DNA of 64,000 bases from Candidatus Cloacimonadales bacterium (GTDB lineage Bacteria > Cloacimonadota > Cloacimonadia > Cloacimonadales > JAFGVF01): positions 2,080,001 through 2,144,000 of the forward strand of contig OY782781.1 of NCBI GenBank assembly GCA_963678315.1, written 5' to 3'. Positions 19,126 to 28,386 of this stretch are shown here, one piece after another. The notes beneath the pieces are model-generated. The model saw only the letters and a list, made by a program, of their open reading frames with translations. It did not search any database and had not been told where the DNA came from. The position numbers were made by a program, and so were the translations under genes. Numbering within the stretch: position 1 is the stretch's first letter; each line of letters starts with the position of its first letter.

Positions 19126-20481
19126 CTATTTAGCAAATTTATTTAGTTTTAATTCAAAGAGGTCTTTAATTTCATTCATTCTTTCTTCTGTTTCTGCTTC
19201 ATATCTAAGTACTAAAACAGGAGTAGTATTAGAAGCTCTGCATAATCCCCAACCATCTTTAAATGTAACTCTTACACCATCGATATCTATCGCTTCATAG
19301 CCTTCAGCAATGAATTCATCTCTTATCTTATCAACAATAGCAAACTTCTTTTCTTCAGGAACACTAAAGTGAATTTCAGGAGTATTGAACATCTTAGGTT
19401 GGTCTTCTAAGAATCTGCTAACAGGAATATCAGTATTTGAAGCTATCTCAACAAATCTACAGCAAACATAAATTGCATCATCGAAGCCAAGATATCTGTC
19501 ACCTAAGAATACATGACCAGACATTTCACCACCAACTTTAATGCCACGGTTTTTCATTTCATTCTTAATGTTAGCATGACCTGTTTTATACATCACCGGT
19601 TTACCACCATGTTTAGCAATATCATCATAAAGGTTTTTAGAACACTTAACATCAGCAAGAACTGATTCACCAGGATTCTTGGCTAAGAAATCTCTTGCTA
19701 TGATATTCAAGATTTGATCTCCATATAACATGTTACCTTTTTCGTCAATAACACCTATTCTATCAGCATCACCGTCAAGACCAAGACCAATATCTGCACC
19801 AATCTCTTTAACTTTAGCAATAAGGTCTTGATTGTTCTTAAGAACAGTTGGATCTGGATGATGATTTGGGAAAGTTCCATCTGGCTCACAGTAAAGCTCA
19901 GTAACATCACAACCTAATTCTCTAAGAATACCAGGAAGGAATGGTCCACCAGCACCATTACCACCATCTACAACAACTTTTAAAGGTCTTTTTATATTAA
20001 TATTATCAACAACATATTTATGGTAAACAGGAACAACTTCTCTATCTTCTTTTACAGAACCATTACCAGAAGCAAATTCACCTTTTTCAACTATTGAATA
20101 AACGTCTTGAATTCCTTGACCATATACAGAAGCTAAACCTAAGTTAAGTTTAATGCCATTGTAGTTAGAAGGATTGTGACTAGCAGTTATCATTGTTCCT
20201 GCATCAACACCATAATGCCAAATAGCAAAATATAAAATAGGGGTTGCTACAAAACCAATATCTGTAACATCCATTCCGGTCTCCATTAGACCTTTTATGA
20301 ATGATGCTTTATATGATGGTGTTGTTAAACGAGCATCTCCACCAATAACGATACTCTTTTTATCTAAGTTTCTTAGGTAAGTACCGAAACCCTTACCGAT
20401 AAGATATAAGTTTTCTTCATTTAAATCTTGGTCTACTATTCCTCTAATGTCATATTGTCTAAAAATCTGCTTGTTTAACAT
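19126..20481 (-). CDS. Phosphomannomutase/phosphoglucomutase (AlgC-like)
   Basis: FRQYDIRG, ITASHNP catalytic serine, DGDADR metal loop, GEMSGH and RASNT motifs. Confidence 0.95.
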   Translation of the reverse strand: MLNKQIFRQYDIRGIVDQDLNEENLYLIGKGFGTYLRNLDKKSIVIGGDARLTTPSYKASFIKGLMETGMDVTDIGFVATPILYFAIWHYGVDAGTMITASHNPSNYNGIKLNLGLASVYGQGIQDVYSIVEKGEFASGNGSVKEDREVVPVYHKYVVDNINIKRPLKVVVDGGNGAGGPFLPGILRELGCDVTELYCEPDGTFPNHHPDPTVLKNNQDLIAKVKEIGADIGLGLDGDADRIGVIDEKGNMLYGDQILNIIARDFLAKNPGESVLADVKCSKNLYDDIAKHGGKPVMYKTGHANIKNEMKNRGIKVGGEMSGHVFLGDRYLGFDDAIYVCCRFVEIASNTDIPVSRFLEDQPKMFNTPEIHFSVPEEKKFAIVDKIRDEFIAEGYEAIDIDGVRVTFKDGWGLCRASNTTPVLVLRYEAETEERMNEIKDLFELKLNKFAK

Positions 20482-20493
20482 ATATCTTCTCCT

Positions 20494-21099
20494 CTACTGT
20501 AATTTAAAGTATTTTTCAATTTCTTCTTTTATTAAATTAAATGCTTTTGCTCTGTGACTAATAGTATTTTTATCTTCATTACTCATTTCAGAATAAGTTT
20601 GTTTTGCTTGTTCAACATAGAATATTGGGTCGTAACCAAAACCTGCCTCTCCCCTACATTCTAAGGTAATTCTACCTGGAACTATCCCTGTTGCTGTAGC
20701 TACTAAACCATTTGCATCAGCAAGGGCTACAACTGTTCTGAACTCAGCATATCTATCTTCTTTATCTTTCATCTCTAGTAACATTTTATCTCTGTTATCT
20801 TTATAAGAACACTCAGGACCTGCATACCTTGCTGAATAAACTCCTGGCCGCCAGTCAAGTGCTCTTACGAACAAGCCTGTATCATCAGCGACAGTTGGCT
20901 TACCTGTAAAGGCAGCTACTTCAACAGCTTTCTTGATTGCATTTTCTTCTATAGTGTCTTTATCTTCAATAACCTCAGGTACATCAGGAATATCTCTCAT
21001 TGATAAGATATTATAACCAATCATTATCTTTTCGATTTCAACAAGTTTATCTTTATTCTTTGTACCTACGAATATCTCTTTTATTTGCTTCTTTTCCAT
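20494..21099 (-). CDS. rdgB: RdgB/HAM1 non-canonical purine NTP pyrophosphatase
   Basis: ENAIKKA, ADDTGL, PGVYSARYAG, GFGYDPIF and KNTISHR motifs. Confidence 0.95.
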   Translation of the reverse strand: MEKKQIKEIFVGTKNKDKLVEIEKIMIGYNILSMRDIPDVPEVIEDKDTIEENAIKKAVEVAAFTGKPTVADDTGLFVRALDWRPGVYSARYAGPECSYKDNRDKMLLEMKDKEDRYAEFRTVVALADANGLVATATGIVPGRITLECRGEAGFGYDPIFYVEQAKQTYSEMSNEDKNTISHRAKAFNLIKEEIEKYFKLQ

Positions 21100-21611
21100 A
21101 TCCAGTTCTTAACTTTCCTAAGTATGTTTTTATTAATCATTTGGTCTGTTTTCTCTAAAATTGTCTGTACTAATTCAATAATATTATCCTTTCCACTCCA
21201 GTTTTCCATAATTATGCTTTGATCTACATTGTTCATCAAATTGTCCAATGCATATATTGCAATACATAAATCATCTGTGTAGCCTATAACAGGAATAAAG
21301 TCAGGAATAAAATCTATTGGCGATATTAAGTAACCTATAACTGCACCTAAAAAGACTTTTTTAGAAGTTGGCACTCTTTTGTCAGCAATAAGTCTTGTTA
21401 GAAGAATGAATAAATCAGGTAATAAAACCAGATACTGAAAAACTTCATTACCAGGTTTTCCTCCTCTTTTTTTAGTCCATTTATCTAGTCTTTCCCTTAA
21501 GGTCTCGTAGAATTTAAGTTTCTTATCATCAAGTAGTTTTACTTCGTCAAATTGATTTTTATCAAATTCCGATTCTTCACAATGAATTACATCTTCTTCT
21601 GTCTTAGTCAT
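21081..21611 (-). CDS. YkvA/DUF1232 family protein
   Basis: YLISPIDFIPDFIPVIGYTDD signature. Confidence 0.9.
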   Translation of the reverse strand: MTKTEEDVIHCEESEFDKNQFDEVKLLDDKKLKFYETLRERLDKWTKKRGGKPGNEVFQYLVLLPDLFILLTRLIADKRVPTSKKVFLGAVIGYLISPIDFIPDFIPVIGYTDDLCIAIYALDNLMNNVDQSIIMENWSGKDNIIELVQTILEKTDQMINKNILRKVKNWIWKRSK

Positions 21612-21619
21612 GATAAATC

Positions 21620-23428
21620 CTAAATTGATTTTAAGCTATTAGTAAGATTGATGATAGTTTCATCTTCTTCTAAATCTGAATGCCAGTGAGCATAATCGTC
21701 AATTATCTTTGAACCTCTAATAGAATCTTTCGATTTAGATTCTATTACACTGTCTAATATTTCATTAAACATTTTTTTATATTGCTTTCTAATGTCATCT
21801 TTTGCTAGCTCAGTTATCTCAAAGAATTCAACTAAGTTATCCAATAAATTGTTTGAGTTTTCCAGGTACATTTCTCTAAACAAGTAGTACTTTAAGTAAA
21901 AGTCATAAGTCTTAATTGCTTTTAGTCTATTTGACTCAGTTAAAATATTCTTCCCTATATCAAGGTTATCTCTATCAGTGTAGAATTCTTTTCCTGAAAG
22001 GGACTTCAGACTCTCAGAAGCTATAAATATTTTTTCCATAATTTCTTCTCTAAATATTCTAAAATCATATTCAGTTCTTTGAGCTCTATTTCTTTTGATA
22101 AACTTATCTTCATTTCTAAAAATCATATAGCTGTTGTCACTTAGAACCCAAGCAGGTAGAATCTCATTATAAGCAGGAGAAACATCTTGATATTGTTTGA
22201 ATGGAGTTGATATGAGAGAGAAAGGTAAATTAACTTTTTGCGGTAAAGTTGTTACGCCAGTTGCAATAATTGAGTATGGTGAGTTAGAATAGTTTGCTGG
22301 AAATTTAATATTACATCCTAATCCATAAAAGATTCCTTCTCCACATAAGTGTTCTTGGTCAGGAAGTTTAGAAGTGTGGTTTGAACCAATATTCGCACCA
22401 TAACCAACATTTCCTCTGCCATTGAACCAAAGTGAAGCAATTAGCATTGATTGATGATGGAATCCTACAAATGGACCTATAATTGAGGCTGTGATTTCAC
22501 CTTCACCAATAATAGAATTTGGTCCTATGATACTCTCATTTACCTTGGCATGTCTTTCTACTCCTGAATGTTCTGTAAGAAGTGATTTGGACACAATTGC
22601 ACCTGTTTTAACTTTAACCCCCCATTGACATAAAGCAGTATCTAGTATAACTCCATCACTAATTGATGTAGTTTCTTCTTTGCTTGAAAGTATAGTTGAG
22701 TCTTTAATCAAAGTCGTATTATCTATTACAGCATAACTACCAATCATTGAATTAGTTACTTTCATATTATTTGTAACTTTTGCATTTGTACAGATAATTC
22801 CGTAATCTGACTCAACATTATCTACATAGCTGTCAATTAATTGATTATATTTTTCATAACAATCTTTTTCTCTATTGCCTGTAATCAGTTCATTTAAATT
22901 ATTCAGATCTTGTTCAGCATAAAGAATCAAGTCTCTACCACCTACTTCAGAACCTACAGAAATCTGACAACCATTACCAAATTTAGTCTTTTTATTAGCG
23001 TAAATAATGTTATTTCCAAAGACAATAGCATTTTCACTAATATAGTATCTTGAAATTAACTTATTATTTCTAACTAAGGCATTGGAATCTATATAAACAT
23101 CGTTTAAGTATGAATTATAGATACCATTGTTCATTTTAAGTCCCGGGTAAATCTCTATTTCTTTACCAGAGTACTTTCCTAAAAAGATTAATCCCTCAAA
23201 AGTATTGTTAAAAATAAATCCAGTATCGAAATCAGGTTCTACATAAACAGAAGTCCAATCAGAACAAGTGTTTCCTTGATTGCTAAGTCTGCTAACTTCG
23301 CTTTTAGTTATTGGTCTAACAATTTTAACGAGTTCGTTTTGGCTAAGATTTTTTGTACCAATCTCTTCTATTAGATTAGGGAGATAGTACTTTGTTCTAA
23401 AATTGTTTATTAGATTTTGTATATTCAT
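21620..23428 (-). CDS. DUF4954-like protein with beta-helix (hexapeptide-like) repeats
   Basis: N-terminal LSNQGNTCSDW, repeated (I/V)xxSxIG units, FHHQSMLIA and GYGANIGSNHTS. Confidence 0.7.
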   Translation of the reverse strand: MNIQNLINNFRTKYYLPNLIEEIGTKNLSQNELVKIVRPITKSEVSRLSNQGNTCSDWTSVYVEPDFDTGFIFNNTFEGLIFLGKYSGKEIEIYPGLKMNNGIYNSYLNDVYIDSNALVRNNKLISRYYISENAIVFGNNIIYANKKTKFGNGCQISVGSEVGGRDLILYAEQDLNNLNELITGNREKDCYEKYNQLIDSYVDNVESDYGIICTNAKVTNNMKVTNSMIGSYAVIDNTTLIKDSTILSSKEETTSISDGVILDTALCQWGVKVKTGAIVSKSLLTEHSGVERHAKVNESIIGPNSIIGEGEITASIIGPFVGFHHQSMLIASLWFNGRGNVGYGANIGSNHTSKLPDQEHLCGEGIFYGLGCNIKFPANYSNSPYSIIATGVTTLPQKVNLPFSLISTPFKQYQDVSPAYNEILPAWVLSDNSYMIFRNEDKFIKRNRAQRTEYDFRIFREEIMEKIFIASESLKSLSGKEFYTDRDNLDIGKNILTESNRLKAIKTYDFYLKYYLFREMYLENSNNLLDNLVEFFEITELAKDDIRKQYKKMFNEILDSVIESKSKDSIRGSKIIDDYAHWHSDLEEDETIINLTNSLKSI

Positions 23429-23452
23429 AGTTAATTAAACCTCATCTAGTTA

Positions 23453-23839
23453 TTATAATGGCTGGAAGAATTCGATAATATTACCTTCAGGATCACTTAT
23501 ATGCAACGTTTTCAATCCCCAATCAGGTCTTTCAGTTATATCAACAAGTATTGTTATTCTTTTGTTTAACAAATTAGCTTTTAATTGTATTAAATTATCA
23601 ACCTCAATGATGAACATTGTATTTTGTCTATCTGTATTAATGTTGTTAGAAGACAAGCCCATAGCTTGATATTGTAACTGCTTTTTAAACATTCCAATAG
23701 AATATCCAGTACTAGTTTTAAATGAAGCATAGTTGTCTTTACTATCACCAAAAACAGGAGTAAGCCCAAGAATATCCTTATAAAATAAGTAACAATCTTC
23801 AAAATTATTAACTAATAGTCGTATATTATCAAATTTCAT
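23453..23839 (-). CDS. VOC/glyoxalase family protein
   Basis: IRLLV...FYKDILG and WG...DPEGNIIEF. Start moved to the ATG at 23839, which has a GAGG RBS. Confidence 0.88.
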   Translation of the reverse strand: MKFDNIRLLVNNFEDCYLFYKDILGLTPVFGDSKDNYASFKTSTGYSIGMFKKQLQYQAMGLSSNNINTDRQNTMFIIEVDNLIQLKANLLNKRITILVDITERPDWGLKTLHISDPEGNIIEFFQPL

Positions 23840-23932
23840 ATAATCCTCATAAAAGTCATTATTCATAGTAAACAGTCTAATGTTTTTCTGTCTAGATATA
23901 AATTAATAAAATTTCTTAAGATTATATATTAT

Positions 23933-23969
23933 AAAAAAAACGCTCCCTCATTTATCATGAAGAAGCGTT
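23933..23969 (-). terminator. Probable terminator after valS
   Basis: Imperfect AACGCT...AGCGTT hairpin with a long minus-strand T run. Confidence 0.65.
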
Positions 23970-24026
23970 GAATGTATCATATAATTTACATTAAATCATA
24001 TTAATAAGGTTAAATAATTCAATTAA

Positions 24027-26678
24027 TTAACCAAGATTATTGTATAGCTCTTTAGTAGTATCAAGTTTAGCTTTTACTTCATCATATTTGCTTTTTTCTT
24101 TTTCTATAACTTCTGCTTTTGCATTCGCTAAGAATTTTTCATTCTTTAGCTTTCTATCAATTCCAGAAAACTCTTTTTCTAATTTCTGTAATTTTTTAGC
24201 AAGTTTTTCTTTCTCTTTGTCTATATCTACAAGACCATTCAACGGTAGGTAGATTTCAATATTCCTTACAACTGAAGCAATAGCTCCAGAAAGCTTGTCT
24301 CCATTGATATTAACACTTAGTTCTGTTACTTTAGCTAGCTTTGAGAAGTAGTTTTGATAATCTTCCATCAGCTGCTTTTGTTCTTTATCAGCAACATTCA
24401 TAGTTATAGAAATATCAAGTGCCGGAGAAAGGTTAACTTGTTTTCTAAGATTTCTGATAGCAGTAATGGTTTCTTGAACAAATTCCATATTATCATTAAT
24501 AGAACTATCAATAAATGTATCATTAACTTCAGGGAATTTAGCAATAATCAAGGCTTTTTCATCCATCGGGAAATACTCTTTAGTAATTTGCCATACTTCT
24601 TCTGTGATAAATGGCATTAATGGATGTAAAAGTCTCATTGAGCTTTGCAATACATCAAGAAGAATATATTTGGCAGATAACTGAGCTTCTTTGTTGTTAT
24701 CATCATAGATTCTATCTTTTGAGAGCTCAATATACCAAGAACAGAATTCATTCCAAATGAACTGCATTAGTGATTGAGCTGCATCATTAAGTTTAAGATT
24801 TTCATAATGTTCCGTAACTTCTTTAATAACTTGGTTCAATCTAGAATATATCCATTTGTCTGCTAATTCAAGCTTAAGTTCTTCTTGCTTAGGAAGTCCT
24901 TCAATTTTTTCAACATTCATCATGATATATCTAAATGCATTCCAAATTTTGTTAGCAAAGTTTCTTCCTGTTTCTAAGACTGAATCAGAATAGTAACTAT
25001 CTTGACCTTTAGGTGTGTTAAAAATCATACCAAATCTTAAAGCGTCAGCACCAACTTCTTCGATAATATGAATTGGGTCAGGTGAATTGCCTAATGATTT
25101 AGACATCTTTCTACCAATACCATCTCTTACTATGCCATGTAGAAGAACAGTATCAAACGGTATTTTTCCTTTGAATTCAAGTGTAGCCATAATCATTCTA
25201 GCCACCCATAAATAGATAATTTCTGGTGCAGTAACCAAGAGATTTGTCGGTAGGAAATAATCTTGCTCTTTAGTTTCTTCTGGCCAACCCATGGTTGAGA
25301 AAGGCCATAACCAAGATGAGAACCATGTATCAAGAACATCTTCTTCTTGTCTGATATTACTACTTCCACATTTTGAACAAGTTGTTACATCATCTTTAGA
25401 AACATGTATTTCTCCACAATCATCACAATAATATGCTGGGATTCTGTGCCCCCACCAGATTTGTCTTGAGATACACCAATCTCTTACATTTTCCATCCAG
25501 TGCATATAAACTTTTGTCCATCTTTCTGGTTGGAACTTTATCTCTCCACTTCTAACTGCTTCAATTGCTGGCTCAGCAAGTTCTTTCATACTTACAAACC
25601 ATTGGTCAGATAAGTAAGGTTCAATTACTGTATCACATCTATAGCAATGACCAACTGCATGGTCGTGACCTTCAGCTTTAATCAGCAAGCCGTCATCTTC
25701 TAGCATTTTAAGAAGTTTTTTTCTACATTCGTATCTATCCAAGCCTTGGAATTCTTTGCCTGCAGTTTCGTTCATTACACCATGTTCATCAATAACTAGT
25801 ATTCTTTCGAGGTCATGTCTGTTCCCAACTTCAAAATCATTAGGATCATGAGCTGGTGTTATTTTAACACAACCAGAACCAAAATCTTTATCAACATAGT
25901 CATCAGCAATAACTGGTATTTTTCTATTTGTATATGGTAAAATCAGTTCTTTACCAATCAATTCTTGATATCTTTCATCTTTAGGATTAACAGCAACAGC
26001 AACATCGCCTAACATTGTTTCTGGTCTAGTAGTTGCAATTTCAATAAATCCTTCACCTTCAGCATAAGGGTATTTGATATGCCATAAGTGGCCTTTTTCA
26101 TCAGTGTGTTCAACTTCATCATTTGCAAGAGCAGTAACACATCTAGGACACCAGTTAATGATTCTTTTGCCTCTGTAAATTAATCCCTTTTCATAGAGGT
26201 GAACAAAAGTTTCTTTAACGGCTTCAGAAAGACCTTCATCCATTGTGAATCTTTCTCTTGTCCAATCACATGAGCAACCTAAGGTTTTAAGTTGTTCAAT
26301 GATTCTTCCACCCTTTTCTTTTTTAAATTCCCAAATTCTGTCGATAAGAGCTTCACGTCCAATTTTATGTCGATTAGTTCCTTCTTTTTTTAGTTCTTTT
26401 TCTACTACATTTTGAGTAGCAATACCTGCATGGTCAGTTCCAGGAATCCAGAGAGTTGGTATCCCAGTCATTCTTTTATACCTTATTACAACATCCTGAA
26501 TTGTATTATTAAGAACGTGTCCCATGTGAAGAATACCAGTAACATTAGGAGGTGGAATTACTATTGAGAAGGGTTCAACATTCTCGTCCATTTCTGGGGT
26601 AAAGTAACCTTTTTCAGTCCATTCATTATACCATTTCTTTTCAATTTGAGACGGGTCATATATTTTATTAATTTCCAT
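24027..26678 (-). CDS. valS: Valine--tRNA ligase
   Basis: PPPNVTGILHMGH, DHAGIATQ, WCISRQIWWGH, DVLDTWFSS and KMSKS motifs; C-terminal coiled coil. Confidence 0.98.
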   Translation of the reverse strand: MEINKIYDPSQIEKKWYNEWTEKGYFTPEMDENVEPFSIVIPPPNVTGILHMGHVLNNTIQDVVIRYKRMTGIPTLWIPGTDHAGIATQNVVEKELKKEGTNRHKIGREALIDRIWEFKKEKGGRIIEQLKTLGCSCDWTRERFTMDEGLSEAVKETFVHLYEKGLIYRGKRIINWCPRCVTALANDEVEHTDEKGHLWHIKYPYAEGEGFIEIATTRPETMLGDVAVAVNPKDERYQELIGKELILPYTNRKIPVIADDYVDKDFGSGCVKITPAHDPNDFEVGNRHDLERILVIDEHGVMNETAGKEFQGLDRYECRKKLLKMLEDDGLLIKAEGHDHAVGHCYRCDTVIEPYLSDQWFVSMKELAEPAIEAVRSGEIKFQPERWTKVYMHWMENVRDWCISRQIWWGHRIPAYYCDDCGEIHVSKDDVTTCSKCGSSNIRQEEDVLDTWFSSWLWPFSTMGWPEETKEQDYFLPTNLLVTAPEIIYLWVARMIMATLEFKGKIPFDTVLLHGIVRDGIGRKMSKSLGNSPDPIHIIEEVGADALRFGMIFNTPKGQDSYYSDSVLETGRNFANKIWNAFRYIMMNVEKIEGLPKQEELKLELADKWIYSRLNQVIKEVTEHYENLKLNDAAQSLMQFIWNEFCSWYIELSKDRIYDDNNKEAQLSAKYILLDVLQSSMRLLHPLMPFITEEVWQITKEYFPMDEKALIIAKFPEVNDTFIDSSINDNMEFVQETITAIRNLRKQVNLSPALDISITMNVADKEQKQLMEDYQNYFSKLAKVTELSVNINGDKLSGAIASVVRNIEIYLPLNGLVDIDKEKEKLAKKLQKLEKEFSGIDRKLKNEKFLANAKAEVIEKEKSKYDEVKAKLDTTKELYNNLG

Positions 26679-26693
26679 GATTTTTCCTTTTTA

Positions 26694-27218
26694 TTATTTT
26701 CTTGCTTCTAATACCATATTTAAGTAGTAATTCTGTGATATAAAAGGCAATTGACCAATATCTTTTAGTGAGACATATCTTGCTTCAAGAGCATCATCAC
26801 CTGCTTGAAGCTTACCTCCAACCACTTTCATTAAAAAGCCAAAGGAAACGACTTTTTCATAAAATGGGTTTGGACTCATTTTAAAATCGATAAAACTTTC
26901 AACTTCCCCATCAAGTCCAGTTTCTTCTTTCATTTCAGCAATTGCAGCACTTTCAGGGGTTTGATCTATTTCCATGTAACCGCTCGGGAAAGCCCATTGA
27001 CCTTCAGCAGGAGGGAATTTTCTTTTAATTAATACAACTTCATCATTATCATTGATTATTATACAACAAACTACTGGTATAGGATTTTTGTAAAATATCC
27101 AATCACACTCAGTACAATGAGGTCTTGTTTTTCCTTCTCTATCGGTTCTAATTTCTAATTTTGCACCACATTTAATACAATAATTGATGCCTTTATATCT
27201 TTCTTCTGGTATTATCAC
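26694..27218 (-). CDS. NUDIX hydrolase with N-terminal zinc ribbon
   Basis: CIKCG...CTEC, YKNP and Nudix box GYMEIDQTPESAAIAEMKEETGL. Confidence 0.9.
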   Translation of the reverse strand: MIIPEERYKGINYCIKCGAKLEIRTDREGKTRPHCTECDWIFYKNPIPVVCCIIINDNDEVVLIKRKFPPAEGQWAFPSGYMEIDQTPESAAIAEMKEETGLDGEVESFIDFKMSPNPFYEKVVSFGFLMKVVGGKLQAGDDALEARYVSLKDIGQLPFISQNYYLNMVLEARK

Positions 27219-27398
27219 TTTTTTCTCCTAATAAATCAAGCTAACCTTTATATTTATCACTTATATGTCAAGAATTATCATCTTTGAGGTAACCTATCTA
27301 GTGCAGTAGGCTTCTCGTGAAGGGTGCAGATTATTTAAGCAAAATAAGTTACAGAATCGAAGTTTGAATAATATATATTCTAGCTGAGATTATGGAAG

Positions 27399-27446
27399 TT
27401 ATTCTTGCCATAAGTCTTCGCTAAAGCTACGCCGTCACAAGAATAA
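27399..27446 (+). repeat. Inverted repeat enclosing a GC-richer core
   Basis: Perfect 9-bp TTATTCTTG/CAAGAATAA around CCATAAGTCTTCGCTAAAGCTACGCCGTCA. Confidence 0.4.
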
Positions 27447-27486
27447 TATAGCACTATTCTAGAAGTTCTACTGTATTAGATGGGTT

Positions 27487-27544
27487 TAACTCCTTCCTTA
27501 CTAGTCTCTTTGAAAAATTGGCTTTTTTTCAAGGAGGTCAGTAA
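27487..27544 (-). repeat. Dispersed palindromic element, sub-type A, copy 2 (inverted)
   Basis: Reverse complement reads GACCTCCTTGAAAAAAAGCCAATTTTTCAAAGAGACTAGTAAGGAAGGAGTTA; 47/53 identical to copy 1. Confidence 0.85.
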
Positions 27545-27612
27545 TACAGGCATAAAAATGCTTTAAACTCGAATAAAGTAATAAGATTTGAAAATAGATT
27601 TAAATTCAAGAA

Positions 27613-28386
27613 TTAACTTAAAAAAATATCCCAGAAAACTTTTAAAAAAAGTAGAATTAGCACTGCTATAAAAACTGGCCGAATAAATTTATTACCGTTT
27701 TTTATAACTAAGTGAGAACCTGTGTAGTTACCTAGAATACCACAAATAGCAGCCGGAATAGCAATATCATAAGCAATTTTGCCATTTAGCATATAAGTAA
27801 TAACAGCAGCGAGATTTGAGGCAAGGTTTACAACTTTTGCATTGGCATTTGCTACAACAAAGTCATAGTTCAAAATTGATGTATAAACAAGAATTAGAAA
27901 AGCTCCTGTTCCTGGTCCGAAGAATCCATCATAGAAACCTATAAGTAACCCAGCTAGAATTGCAGTAATAACTTTCTTTTGGAAACTGATAGAAAGAGAC
28001 TTATTTTTGTTTCCAATCTTTTTATTTGTTAAAAGAGTAACTGCTATTATTGGTAAGGCAATCATCAGCAAATAATTTAAAAAATAAGGGTCGAGAAATA
28101 GCACTGTTTTTGTTCCAAGGAAAGAACCAATTAAGGCAAAAAAAGCACTTAAAACGGCAATTTTAGTATCAATAATTCCATGTTTAAAGTATCTTGTGGT
28201 TGTAAGAATTGTTCCAGAACAAGAAGAGAACTTATTGTTTCCGAGGGCAAAATGAGGGGGTAAACCAGCAGCTAAATATGCAGGAATAGATATTAGACCT
28301 CCGCCGCCAGCCATAGAATCCACTAAGCCTGCAAAGAAGATTGCAGGGAAAATAATATATAAACCGTAAGAATTTATAAGCTCCAT
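27613..28386 (-). CDS. TSUP / TauE-SafE family permease
   Basis: AGLVDSMAGGGGLI and IGFYDGFFGPGTG motifs; multiple TM segments. Confidence 0.92.
   Translation of the reverse strand: MELINSYGLYIIFPAIFFAGLVDSMAGGGGLISIPAYLAAGLPPHFALGNNKFSSCSGTILTTTRYFKHGIIDTKIAVLSAFFALIGSFLGTKTVLFLDPYFLNYLLMIALPIIAVTLLTNKKIGNKNKSLSISFQKKVITAILAGLLIGFYDGFFGPGTGAFLILVYTSILNYDFVVANANAKVVNLASNLAAVITYMLNGKIAYDIAIPAAICGILGNYTGSHLVIKNGNKFIRPVFIAVLILLFLKVFWDIFLS

Noticed and set aside
27219..27612. T-box riboswitch ahead of the NUDIX-valS unit
   Set aside because: No TGGNACC T-box core with an antiterminator or specifier stem on the minus strand; the structure present is explained by repeats.
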